Positions 46,107 to 54,965 of a stretch of 64,000 nt of DNA are shown one piece after another (position 1 is the stretch's first letter; each line of letters starts with the position of its first letter). Position numbers and translations under genes: made by a program. This DNA comes from Deltaproteobacteria bacterium (GTDB lineage: Bacteria; SAR324; NAC60-12), in the NCBI GenBank assembly GCA_018645085.1, contig JABGPG010000136.1, positions 10,603 to 74,602 of the forward strand. Reading direction: 5' to 3'. Under the pieces are notes generated by a model, which was not told where the DNA came from, did no database searches, and saw only the letters and a program-made list of their open reading frames with translations.

Positions 46107-47896
46107 TAATTATCATCTTGCTGGGATTCTTCTTTTTTCTTACTTTGCTGGAAGGCTTCACGAGCTTCTGCTTTCTCTTTTTCATGGAGAGAATGCTGAT
46201 ATTTAACAAACCAGTCAGATACTTTTTCCGCTAAATCCGGACGTTTAATACGGACACAGAGATCCACCAGTTTTTTTAAGGTGCTGTTTTGCGGATCAAG
46301 CTTGATGGCTTCTTCATAATAACGGACTGCGCTTTTGTATTTACCGTTTTTTTCTGCTTCTTCCGCCTGACTAATTTTTCCCTGAACTTCTGCTTGAATC
46401 TCTTTATTTTGATAACTTTTCAGCATCTGCTCCAATTCAAAAGCTCTATTTTCATTTTCCAGCAAATGATTGATGTTGATAGCTTTGTGCAGCAATTTTT
46501 TACTGACAGCAATGCTGAGTGCTTTGTCAATTACCACCGCAGCACTTTTTGGGTCGTTCTTTTTAAGGTAATTTTCTGATGCAGTCAGATATGCAGTATG
46601 TACGGTTTTGATTCCTTCACGTGCTTCTTTATTCTGCCGGTTTATCCGTAAAATACGTCTATATATTTCAAAGGCTTCATCCCAGGATTTATTGTCTATA
46701 TTCAGTTTGGCGATACGAATCAGCAATTCCTGTGATGTGATTTCAGGAACAAGCGGTTCATAAATCTCAAGAGCTTTTTTGGTTCGGTTTTCTTCAAAAA
46801 GTTTGTCTGCATCCTTCAGACAGGCATCGATATGATAGTTACCCTGAGATCGTTCAAGAAGTTTGAAAGTAGTAAAAAAGCTGACACGTGATTGTTGAAT
46901 CATTCCTTTACGCTTATACAGGAGACCCAGGTTTACATTACTGTAGCGGTGATTTGGATTGCGTGCGAGAATGCTTTGAAATGTTTTAATTGCATTCTCG
47001 ATATCGTCTTCAAGTGAAATTGCAAGTACCAGAAAACAACGTAAATCCACATTTTCTTTTTCCCGCATCAGCAAACGTTTGAATACATTCTTAGCAATTA
47101 TTCCTTCCATTGTCTGTAAACAATGGATGCCTAATGTGAAACAGGCTTTGCTCTCTTCTTCACTTTCTGCCTCTAAATTGGAAATGATGTAATTAAAAGT
47201 CTGCTCTGAATCAATGCTGTTTCCCTCAGCTTCTATTCCTTCTTCATCTGCCTTCTTGTCTGTAGCTTCTACGTTATTTGTGTCTTCTTTATCCTTCTTA
47301 TCTGCAGACTCATTTGAATCTGCTTTAACCTCTGTTACATCCTCAGTCTGCTGTTCACTTTCTTGATCCGTTTCTGGAGTAAAATGTTGTTGTATCTCAA
47401 CTAAATATCCCAACTCCTCTTGAATATCAGGCAGGACAAAGTCAGTCAATTTTTCAAGTTCTGCAATTGCAGATACTGCATTGCCGTCCGCAATTTCTAT
47501 TTTTGCGTTTGCTGCAGCAAGATTATAACTCGCGTTTTTAAAATTAGGATCATGCTTCAGACAAAGTTTGTACATGTTTTTTGCATGATTCCAATCATGT
47601 TTTTTACGATATGTGTTACCCAGCAGATTAGCCAATTCTACGTTTTTAGGATCCATTTTCAGGACATTAACACCTAAACTTATTATACCGTCAGGATTAC
47701 CTCCGCCCTGCATTTCCTGAAATAGTTTAGTAACAGTTTCAGCAGCAAGTTTAGGGTCAAGCTCCAAGGCTTTGTTAAACTCAACTGCTGCCCAGTCGTA
47801 AAAGTTTTTTTCCAGTAAACTTTTACCGCGTTCAAGAATTGAATTTAACTCTTTGTTTGGATCGTCCGTGCTGAAAAATTTTTCAAGTATTTTCAT
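46106..47896 (-). CDS. TPR-repeat protein with an acidic central segment
   Basis: 596 aa with multiple TPR-like A/Y/L periodicities (AAVEFNKALELDPK; AKNMYKLCLKHDPNF; AFEIYRRILRINRQN) and a central Asp/Glu-rich insert. Confidence 0.6.
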   Translation of the reverse strand: MKILEKFFSTDDPNKELNSILERGKSLLEKNFYDWAAVEFNKALELDPKLAAETVTKLFQEMQGGGNPDGIISLGVNVLKMDPKNVELANLLGNTYRKKHDWNHAKNMYKLCLKHDPNFKNASYNLAAANAKIEIADGNAVSAIAELEKLTDFVLPDIQEELGYLVEIQQHFTPETDQESEQQTEDVTEVKADSNESADKKDKEDTNNVEATDKKADEEGIEAEGNSIDSEQTFNYIISNLEAESEEESKACFTLGIHCLQTMEGIIAKNVFKRLLMREKENVDLRCFLVLAISLEDDIENAIKTFQSILARNPNHRYSNVNLGLLYKRKGMIQQSRVSFFTTFKLLERSQGNYHIDACLKDADKLFEENRTKKALEIYEPLVPEITSQELLIRIAKLNIDNKSWDEAFEIYRRILRINRQNKEAREGIKTVHTAYLTASENYLKKNDPKSAAVVIDKALSIAVSKKLLHKAININHLLENENRAFELEQMLKSYQNKEIQAEVQGKISQAEEAEKNGKYKSAVRYYEEAIKLDPQNSTLKKLVDLCVRIKRPDLAEKVSDWFVKYQHSLHEKEKAEAREAFQQSKKKEESQQDDN

Positions 47897-48161
47897 GGAT
47901 CTGCTGCTAACCGACTATTCATGTGACTTGGACTGCTGACTTTGGATGTGCTGACAAGTTCAAACATCATCATAACTGATGGTGATCTTATTGTAAATTC
48001 GAGTTTTTAGAAAAAGTTCATCTTAAACAATGATTTGATCATTTTGAAAAAAGTAGTAAATTAGGTAGTCATGAATGATTTTTAGTGTTTTGGTTCTGAA
48101 TATTAAATTGCTGATTAATTCATTGTTTATCAGAAAAGACTTGCTAAAATCAGGCCTGATG

Positions 48162-48177
48162 TGGCATCTATTGTGCA
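48162..48177 (+). promoter_or_regulatory. Candidate sigma-54 (-24/-12) promoter TGGCAT-N5-TGTGCA upstream of the FliN-like gene
   Basis: GG at 48163-48164 and GC at 48174-48175 with the canonical 10 nt spacing. It sits about 120 nt upstream of the ATG at 48299 and overlaps the tandem direct repeat TATTGTGCAGAA. Confidence 0.4.
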
Positions 48178-48298
48178 GAATATTGTGCAGAAATATGTTA
48201 ATCTGGTAAATTCTGAAGTATTTTTCCTTTTGGGTACGGTACTTTAAAGCTAAAATGAAACTGTTTCAAGTGAATTGAAACATCAAAACTGAGGAATA

Positions 48299-49756
48299 AT
48301 GGCAGAAGTATCTGATGATTTTGAAATCAAACTGTCAGCAGAAGACAGTCCGGATGACATTTTAAATGATCAAGGAGATATAGAATTGTTTGAAGAAGAT
48401 CACAGCAGTGATGAGCCTTTAGCTGGGCTGGATGATACAGATTTGGATGATGTCCTCGCCGATCCTGATGATCTGGATGAAGGTGAGATAGACCTGGGCA
48501 TGGATGAGATTGGTGATCTTGTGGAAGACTTAAAGCTGGACGTTGCTGAGGATGATGCTGATGCTGATGCTTCAATTGAAGTAGAAGCGGATATGGTTTT
48601 TGATGAGGAAGAAACAGAAGATGAGACTAATGATTCAGTAGAAAGTTTGCTCGATGAACTTGGAGATGACGATAGCGGAGAACTGAGTCTTACTGATGAT
48701 TCTGCAGATTTAGAAGAAATTGATGAACTTGATTTAGCAGAAAGTTTAGAGTCAGACGCAGAACCAGTTTCTGCTGAACTGGAATCCGCAGAAGAAGCTG
48801 AGGAAAGTTCCGGAGATGACTCAGTAGACTCCGATTCTTCAGATGTTTTGGATATGCTGCATGATCCTGAAATTTCGGATGAAAGTACCGATGAAGATGC
48901 TGAAGATATGGAACTTGGCATGGATACTCTTGACGACACCAAGGATGACGATTTAACTGATCTTGGTCTTGATGATGTAGAGACTGCGGAATCCAGTGAT
49001 GAAGAAATTGCTGTTGAAGATGCTGCTGATGAAACAGAGGAAGTGGATGTTCAGGAAGCAACAACAGAAGATGAAATAACTGATCTTGGTCTTGATGATG
49101 TTGAGACTGCGGAATCCAGCGATGAAGAAATTGCTGTTGAAGATGCTGTTGATGAAACAGAGGAAGTGGATGTTACGGAAGCAACAACTGAAGATGAAAT
49201 AACTGATCTTGGGCTTGATGATGTTGAGACTGCTGAGGCAGAACCTGAGGCGGACGAGTTAGTAACAGAAACAGCTGAGGTAGAACTTGAAGCGGATGAG
49301 TCTGCAGTTGAAACAGCTGAGCTAGAGCCCGAAGCAGAGGTCATTCCTGCATTGGAAACAACAACCGATACTCAAGATGAGCTTGAGGAAACAAGTGATG
49401 AGATAGAAGAAATTGAAATCGATGAACCAGAAATTGAAGTTCAAGAAACACCTGCAATTGATATAGTGGAGAGTGAAATGCCAATTGAATCAGAGGCAGC
49501 AGAGAAAATAGCGGCCCCTTTAGGCTCAGACATGCTGTTAAATTTCAACCATGAAGTGGTGGTCGAAATAGCGAGGACAAGTCTTACCGGCGAAGAAATC
49601 ACACAGATCACTTACGGCAGCATTATTGAACTTGATAAAGTTGCAGGAGAACCGGTGAATTTGGTCCTTGATGGTAAAACAATTGCTCTTGGGGAAGTAG
49701 TTCAAATTAATAATGAAAAACTGGGCATACGTATTGTAGGCGTTATTCAGGACTAA
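48299..49756 (+). CDS. FliN/SpoA-domain protein with a roughly 400 aa highly acidic repetitive N-terminal region
   Basis: The C-terminal about 75 aa (EITQITYGSIIELDKVAGEPVNLVLDGKTIALGEVVQINNEKLGIRIVGVI) matches the FliN/YscQ SpoA domain. The N-terminus is more than 45% Asp/Glu and contains 41 aa tandem repeats. Confidence 0.55.
   Translation: MAEVSDDFEIKLSAEDSPDDILNDQGDIELFEEDHSSDEPLAGLDDTDLDDVLADPDDLDEGEIDLGMDEIGDLVEDLKLDVAEDDADADASIEVEADMVFDEEETEDETNDSVESLLDELGDDDSGELSLTDDSADLEEIDELDLAESLESDAEPVSAELESAEEAEESSGDDSVDSDSSDVLDMLHDPEISDESTDEDAEDMELGMDTLDDTKDDDLTDLGLDDVETAESSDEEIAVEDAADETEEVDVQEATTEDEITDLGLDDVETAESSDEEIAVEDAVDETEEVDVTEATTEDEITDLGLDDVETAEAEPEADELVTETAEVELEADESAVETAELEPEAEVIPALETTTDTQDELEETSDEIEEIEIDEPEIEVQETPAIDIVESEMPIESEAAEKIAAPLGSDMLLNFNHEVVVEIARTSLTGEEITQITYGSIIELDKVAGEPVNLVLDGKTIALGEVVQINNEKLGIRIVGVIQD
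48956..49240 (+). repeat. Intragenic tandem repeat, 123 bp unit x about 2.3, near-identical copies
   Basis: Units start at 48956, 49079 and 49202 (ACTGATCTTGG(T/G)CTTGATGATGT...). Each encodes TDLGLDDVETAESSDEEIAVEDA(A/V)DETEEVDV(Q/T)EATTEDEI. Confidence 0.8.
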
Positions 49757-49764
49757 TTGAAATT

Positions 49765-50706
49765 ATGCTGCACCAAACAGACATCCCCGTAAAACCTTAT
49801 GAGCTGGCTGAAGCTCAATTTAATACAGGACGATTCCACATAATGGACATTGTCTTTCGCAGATGGGCAACTCTCTTACAAGAGACGCTTTATGCGAAAA
49901 TGGGCATGATGTTAGAAGTCTCCACTGAAAATGTGGTAAAGCTGCGTTTTGAAAAATTTTTAGATTCTGTTGAGAAACAACCAATCTATATTTTTGAAAC
50001 TCTCAACCATAGTCGTGGACTTTTACTTGTAGATAAGTCTTTTTTTGATTTAGCACTTAACAGTAAAGCAGAGCCGACTGCAGAAAAATTGTCACTGGTT
50101 CAGATGATGAAAGAAAACCAGCAGACGCTGCTTAAATTGGTAAGTACTCTGATTGATGATTTTGAAAAAAGCTGGCTCAATATTGCAGAAATTGAACTAA
50201 ATCTGAATCGTGTTACCATCTATCCCCGCCGGGCAAATGTGATGTTGCCTTACGAATATTGTTTGGCAGGAAGTGTTCAGCTTAGTCTTGACGGTGTTCA
50301 AACAAGTATCCAGTTATGCCTGCCTTATGCTGCTCTTGTGTCTGTGCTTAGACCGCTTGAAAAGAAGAAAATTATTGAACCTGAATCTATGGCTTATTAC
50401 TTTCCTCAAGTGAAAGAACATTTCAAGTCTTTGCTGGAAAAGACTGAGTATTCGGTTGTTGCTGAACTTGGTAAAGCTGATTTGAGAGAAGTAAAAGGAA
50501 AGTTGGAAAAAGGTCAGGTGCTGCCTTTATTGAATAAAGACGGCCTCGTTACAATCCGGATTAACGGTACTCCAGCATTACAAGGTTCTACAGGGGAATC
50601 CTCAGGGAATTATTCTGTTCAGGTTATACGAGGTACTGAAGACAAAAAACCCTCAGCAATTCAACCAAAAAGAGAATTCAAACAAGTAACGTGGCCAACT
50701 CAGTAA
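49765..50706 (+). CDS. FliM-like protein (CheC-like middle domain + C-terminal SpoA domain) lacking the N-terminal CheY-binding peptide
   Basis: 313 aa. MGMMLEVSTENVVKLRFEKFLDSVEKQPIYIFETLNHSRGLLLVDKSFFDLAL resembles the FliM middle domain. The C-terminal VLPLLNKDGLVTIRINGTPALQG is SpoA-like. No LSQxEIDALL motif. Confidence 0.5.
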   Translation: MLHQTDIPVKPYELAEAQFNTGRFHIMDIVFRRWATLLQETLYAKMGMMLEVSTENVVKLRFEKFLDSVEKQPIYIFETLNHSRGLLLVDKSFFDLALNSKAEPTAEKLSLVQMMKENQQTLLKLVSTLIDDFEKSWLNIAEIELNLNRVTIYPRRANVMLPYEYCLAGSVQLSLDGVQTSIQLCLPYAALVSVLRPLEKKKIIEPESMAYYFPQVKEHFKSLLEKTEYSVVAELGKADLREVKGKLEKGQVLPLLNKDGLVTIRINGTPALQGSTGESSGNYSVQVIRGTEDKKPSAIQPKREFKQVTWPTQ

Positions 50707-52055
50707 GTATCGTTTTTTAATACTGTAGTAAGCCATTTGTCCGGATTCTCTCCGCACTCGCGGAAAAGCTCCAAAGTCTCATCTGCAGGAGTAAGCCCCC
50801 CCTTCGTGTACTGCTCAAAATAAGGCAACAGCCAATTCTCATCTGCTGATCCAAGTGCCTCTAAGGCTTTTTCTACAATGAGTCTACCAGTCTTTGCAAA
50901 GTTTGTTCGATTGACTTCAGAGTGTAGAGCATCCTTTGCTACAGCTTTTTTATAAATCTTGAACTCTTCTTTCGGCAAATCCATCAAGATTGATTGTACA
51001 GCAGCAAAAGCAGTTTCATTATAAAGTAATGCACCAATCAATGCCGGAACTGCGAGTGAATATTGCGGAGCCACGCTGTCAATAACTCTCACTTCCAGAA
51101 TGTTTTTTATTCTGATGTCCGGAAAAAGCATGCCCAGATGTTCTTCCCAGTCATCCATGTCCATTATTAAGTCCGGATGTTTAGCATCTAACAATTGTTG
51201 AAAGCTAAAATCCGTCGTCAGGATCCCCTCTCCATCACGTTTTAAATGATAAGGCGCCGCCTTTAAGGCCCATTCTATGTAGTCCTCCAGACGAAAACCA
51301 GTATTTAAAAAAGCTTCCGGTAGTCCGGAACGTGAATTATCGGTATGCTCCCAAATATGTGAGCGATAAGATAGATAACCACTGGAACTGCCTTCAATTA
51401 GCGGACTGTTGGCAAATATTGCTGTTAAAAAAGGTGAAAGGCGGTTTAGAAAAACAAATTTCCTCTCCATATCTTCTATGGAAGCATAATCAATGCTGAC
51501 CTGTACACCGGTGGAGGCTTTCATCATCCACTGTCCAAGAGAACCTGTATTCAGCATGTGAGGGAACATAATCCGATAACGGCTCTTCGGGAAAAAGGGC
51601 AACTCTTCCAAAGAATGCAGTGGCTGTACCCCCTGAAATAAAAGCCTTCCGCCAAAACCTGAAACGGCTTCTTCCAGCAGCTTTAAGTAGGTCTGCAGAG
51701 AATTATGTGCTTCTAAAAGAGAATTTCTGGGTGCATCTGAAAGCTCAATTTGTCCTCCTGGTTCAATCGTGATTTTTGAACCGGACGGACTCGTAAGTGC
51801 CAGCAGCATGTCTTTTTCAAAAACTTTTTCGAGCGGATCAGCAGAGTCTTTTGTAAGTTCTACTAAATTTTCTAAAACACTGAAAACTCCGGAATCACCA
51901 TCAACAGGTAAAGGGCGGAAACCATCTTCCGAATTATCCTCGTCAGGAATAAAAACGAAATTTTCGTACTCCATGCCGATTAATTGTTTGTCGGGAGTAC
52001 CGGATTCTTTACGGCAATATCCTAGAAAGAGGGATTTTAGGTCGTTATGAGTCAT
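50700..52055 (-). CDS. Glutamate--cysteine ligase family protein (GCS2/plant-type GshA-like carboxylate-amine ligase)
   Basis: 451 aa. N-terminal IGMEYENFVF resembles the (R)IGTEHEKFGF block of plant-type GCL. Overall length fits. Assignment is from memory and uncertain. Confidence 0.45.
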   Translation of the reverse strand: MTHNDLKSLFLGYCRKESGTPDKQLIGMEYENFVFIPDEDNSEDGFRPLPVDGDSGVFSVLENLVELTKDSADPLEKVFEKDMLLALTSPSGSKITIEPGGQIELSDAPRNSLLEAHNSLQTYLKLLEEAVSGFGGRLLFQGVQPLHSLEELPFFPKSRYRIMFPHMLNTGSLGQWMMKASTGVQVSIDYASIEDMERKFVFLNRLSPFLTAIFANSPLIEGSSSGYLSYRSHIWEHTDNSRSGLPEAFLNTGFRLEDYIEWALKAAPYHLKRDGEGILTTDFSFQQLLDAKHPDLIMDMDDWEEHLGMLFPDIRIKNILEVRVIDSVAPQYSLAVPALIGALLYNETAFAAVQSILMDLPKEEFKIYKKAVAKDALHSEVNRTNFAKTGRLIVEKALEALGSADENWLLPYFEQYTKGGLTPADETLELFRECGENPDKWLTTVLKNDTY

Positions 52056-52117
52056 GTCTGTATTATTGCCTAAGCGGAATGTTGAAAAAAGAATTGCCAG
52101 CAGCTAAAAGAAAATTA

Positions 52118-52750
52118 TTAAAGGAGACCATTAATCATGCTTTTACTGATGGAGGCGATCCAGCTAAATGCGCTGAAGCCTGGTAAAAACATACTAAGCA
52201 CGACCAAAGCTATTAAGACCTGGGAGCCATAGCGGTAATTCCAGTGCTGAAATCGTATTTTTATGTTAACTGGTAAAAAATGAGGTAAAACTGAATTTCC
52301 ATCAAGTGGTCCAAGCGGGATCAGGTTGAACAGGCAAAGATTAAAATTGATGAAAATAAACAGATATAAGAGTTCCAGCATTGGAACTCCTGCAAGTGTC
52401 GATAAATTGTTTTTTGCTAAAAAGCTAAATAAAAATGCTGCTCCTACACCCAATATTAAATTCATCAAAGGTCCTGCGGAAGCAACGTAAAAATCTGCAT
52501 TACGTACGCGGTAGTTATTTGGATTAACTGGAACAGGCTTGGCATAGCCAAATCCTGCAACTAAGACCATTAAACTGCCGAACAAGTCCAAATGCACAAA
52601 TGGATTGAGGGACATTCTGCCTGCGTTTTTTGCCGTGTCGTCTCCACAAAGATGGGCTACATACGCGTGACCGAACTCATGGAAGGTTAAAGCAAAGATT
52701 AAACTGAAAATCAGAATGACCAATACTTGCGGCGGAAGACTAAACAACAC
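52118..52750 (-). CDS. Site-2 protease family (peptidase M50) membrane metalloprotease
   Basis: 210 aa, multi-TM, HExxH (HEFGHAYVAH) and downstream NLIPLGPLDG motif. Confidence 0.7.
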   Translation of the reverse strand: MLFSLPPQVLVILIFSLIFALTFHEFGHAYVAHLCGDDTAKNAGRMSLNPFVHLDLFGSLMVLVAGFGYAKPVPVNPNNYRVRNADFYVASAGPLMNLILGVGAAFLFSFLAKNNLSTLAGVPMLELLYLFIFINFNLCLFNLIPLGPLDGNSVLPHFLPVNIKIRFQHWNYRYGSQVLIALVVLSMFLPGFSAFSWIASISKSMINGLL

Positions 52751-53045
52751 TGTAGTTTTTTTCAGTAGAAATGAGTTATCGCTAGTAAAAATTTATTTTA
52801 ACTATTTATTCTATCAGAAAGCTAAAGATCTCCAAAAGACAAAACTTCAACCGTAATTATTTTTTCACTTAATCCATTGCTCTGGATTAGCGGTTAACAT
52901 GCTAATAATAACAGTCGCAGAATAGTTGAATTTCATACAAAATAAGCTTTACTTTTTATGCTGATAACGATATTATACGTATATTCTAATATTTAGATGT
53001 TCGCTAAAAATTATGTAGTCACACAAAACAGACTGGCGAACAAAA

Positions 53046-53192
53046 ACACCCCCGTAAAAGCCTGCAAGTGCATCAGGGCAATCTTGGTTTTCAACTCCTC
53101 CCTATAAAAAGTTGAATCTTTCATGTACCAGGAAAATCGATGCAGACAAAGGTCGGAAGATGTCTGATAACTGTTAAGGCTGACGGGGGTGA
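53046..53192. ncRNA. Candidate structured RNA element of unknown class in a 590 bp intergenic region
   Basis: ACACCCCCGUAAAAGCC at the 5' side can pair with GGCUGACGGGGGUG about 125 nt downstream. This encloses at least two local hairpins (UUCAACU...AGUUGAA; CAGACA...UGUCUG). Strand not determined. Confidence 0.25.
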
Positions 53193-53337
53193 TACCTCAC
53201 TTGATTTTAAGATCCTCAAATAATTCCACATTACATAAGTATTTTAATATCTTTTACTGTTTAAGCCCTGTAGAATCTAGGGCTGTTGTAAGATAGCTTT
53301 ATTTTCTATAACTGTTGCTTAATATGGGTCAACCACG

Positions 53338-53940
53338 ATGTATAGTTGTTTTTTTGATGTAGATGGAGTTTTGCTGGACTTTGAAGGCGGATTCACTAAG
53401 ACAGTCAAAGATTATTTTAAATTAGAGGTTGCAGAGGATTTTGTTTCAAAGAGTTTCTGGTTTGCAGATTTACTGACGAAGGAGCAGGTCATGGAAGGCT
53501 GGGATTATTTTCTTCACAGTACTGAATTTGAACAACTGGAACCACTGGTAGATCCGGAACAATTCAACGCAGCATTCGGGGCATATCCTGTGCATTTTAT
53601 CACCAACATTCCATTGGATTGTCTTGAGCGAAGAGAAAAAAATCTAAGAAACGCAGGATTCAACTTTGATTCTGCGCATTGTGCCGGCTTTATAGATTAT
53701 GACGGTTATTCAACACAGACCAAAGCAGATGTTATTCAGGAACTGCATCAAGAAGAAAAGACTGTTATGTTTGTGGACGATCATCCTGATAACTGTCTCA
53801 ACGTTCGGGAATCTTTCCCTGAAGCAGAAATCTGGTTGATGTCACGGCCATTTAATGATGATTTCGATCACCCGGAAATACGCAGGGCCAAGGATTGGGC
53901 TGAAGTTCTTGATCACTCCAGTAATACTGCCACCCGCTAA
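53338..53940 (+). CDS. HAD-superfamily hydrolase-like protein
   Basis: Motif I FFDVDGVL near the N-terminus and motif IV FVDDHPDN. 200 aa. Confidence 0.5.
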   Translation: MYSCFFDVDGVLLDFEGGFTKTVKDYFKLEVAEDFVSKSFWFADLLTKEQVMEGWDYFLHSTEFEQLEPLVDPEQFNAAFGAYPVHFITNIPLDCLERREKNLRNAGFNFDSAHCAGFIDYDGYSTQTKADVIQELHQEEKTVMFVDDHPDNCLNVRESFPEAEIWLMSRPFNDDFDHPEIRRAKDWAEVLDHSSNTATR

Positions 53941-54017
53941 TTTTGCTCGCCTAGACCATCTGAATTTACAGATACAGTAAACCGTTCTTTCGGTGCTGGT
54001 TTTAAGTTGACTCTGAT

Positions 54018-54965
54018 GTGTCCATGTCTCTCAAAAAATTTATCCTAAATCAGTTTGGCTTGGCATTGATAATTATGCTGGTGCTTAGGCCTGCCGTTTT
54101 TGCACAGGAAGAAACTGCTGCCGCATCAACAGGTGGTAGAGATGCCGTCTGGCGGATTGGATTTTGGGAGGTACTGCAACAAACGTTCAGTGACGATGAC
54201 AGTCATCCGTTTTATCAAATGACTGGTACCGACAGGTTCAGAGGAGGTAAGGGTTTTTTTGGACCTACTTTTTTAGATCCCGGCAGCAGTAGTTTTCTTC
54301 CAAATGTTTATAATAAAAATGAAGATGGTCACGCTGGTCAGGACGGTACTTTGACCAAGTTATTCAGTAATATCCCTTTGCTGAATGGGCTCCCTACTTT
54401 TTCTTTGGAATATATTCAGCCGACTGATTATGTCGTCGGTATCGGCTTAAGCTTTGCCTACACCAATATTTGGCTGGATGACACACAAGTCAGGGCAGCC
54501 ACCATGGGAGCAGATCCGGATTATGCAACCCCTCTTTTACGGATGGCTTCTCATTTCTACATGTTTTCCGCCTCAATCCATCCTTTCGGAGTACCTAAAA
54601 CAGACGATCTGGATATTTTCTTTGGTTTAGGACTCTCAAGAGTCGAAAGCACTTTGAAATCAGGTATTCGGGAAAATCCAACTATTTATGAATATACGGC
54701 TACCATTCAGACTCAACTCAGCAGTTCGGCCGGCACCTTACCTTTTCGACGTATGGGAATTGCTTCAGGAGGTGATAGTTTTGGCTTTATGCTGGAATTC
54801 CTGTTTCCGGGAAACAGTGAAATAATTGATAATCCATTTGCAACAAATACGATCATCGACTCTACAATCTACGACTCAACGTACAATGACCGTGGCGATG
54901 CATTGCCTTCAAAAGTCGGGATGCCGGGAGGAATTACACGTGTTTCATGGACGTATTCATTTTAG
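54018..54965 (+). CDS. Hypothetical secreted/outer-membrane protein
   Basis: Signal peptide (LRPAVFA/QEE). Gly/aromatic-rich sequence with the C-terminal ...SWTYSF typical of beta-barrel OMPs. Confidence 0.35.
   Translation: MSMSLKKFILNQFGLALIIMLVLRPAVFAQEETAAASTGGRDAVWRIGFWEVLQQTFSDDDSHPFYQMTGTDRFRGGKGFFGPTFLDPGSSSFLPNVYNKNEDGHAGQDGTLTKLFSNIPLLNGLPTFSLEYIQPTDYVVGIGLSFAYTNIWLDDTQVRAATMGADPDYATPLLRMASHFYMFSASIHPFGVPKTDDLDIFFGLGLSRVESTLKSGIRENPTIYEYTATIQTQLSSSAGTLPFRRMGIASGGDSFGFMLEFLFPGNSEIIDNPFATNTIIDSTIYDSTYNDRGDALPSKVGMPGGITRVSWTYSF

Noticed and set aside
48166-48189. TATTGTGCAGAA x2 as a CRISPR-like or mobile-element repeat
   Set aside because: Only two 12 bp copies with no spacers and no cas or transposase genes. 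It is more plausibly an operator or promoter-overlapping direct repeat.
48400-49344. Long Ser-rich ORFs (180 aa, 97 aa) antisense to the acidic FliN-like gene
   Set aside because: GAT/GAA-rich sense codons read as Ser (TCx) codons on the opposite strand. This is an artefact of the compositional bias and repeat structure, not a gene.
53046-53192. Identification of the structured intergenic element as SRP (4.5S) RNA because of ACCAGG...GGUCGGAAG similarity
   Set aside because: SRP RNA is a single extended hairpin with a conserved GGAA tetraloop-proximal domain. This element folds into several local hairpins inside a closing helix. It is left as an unclassified candidate.
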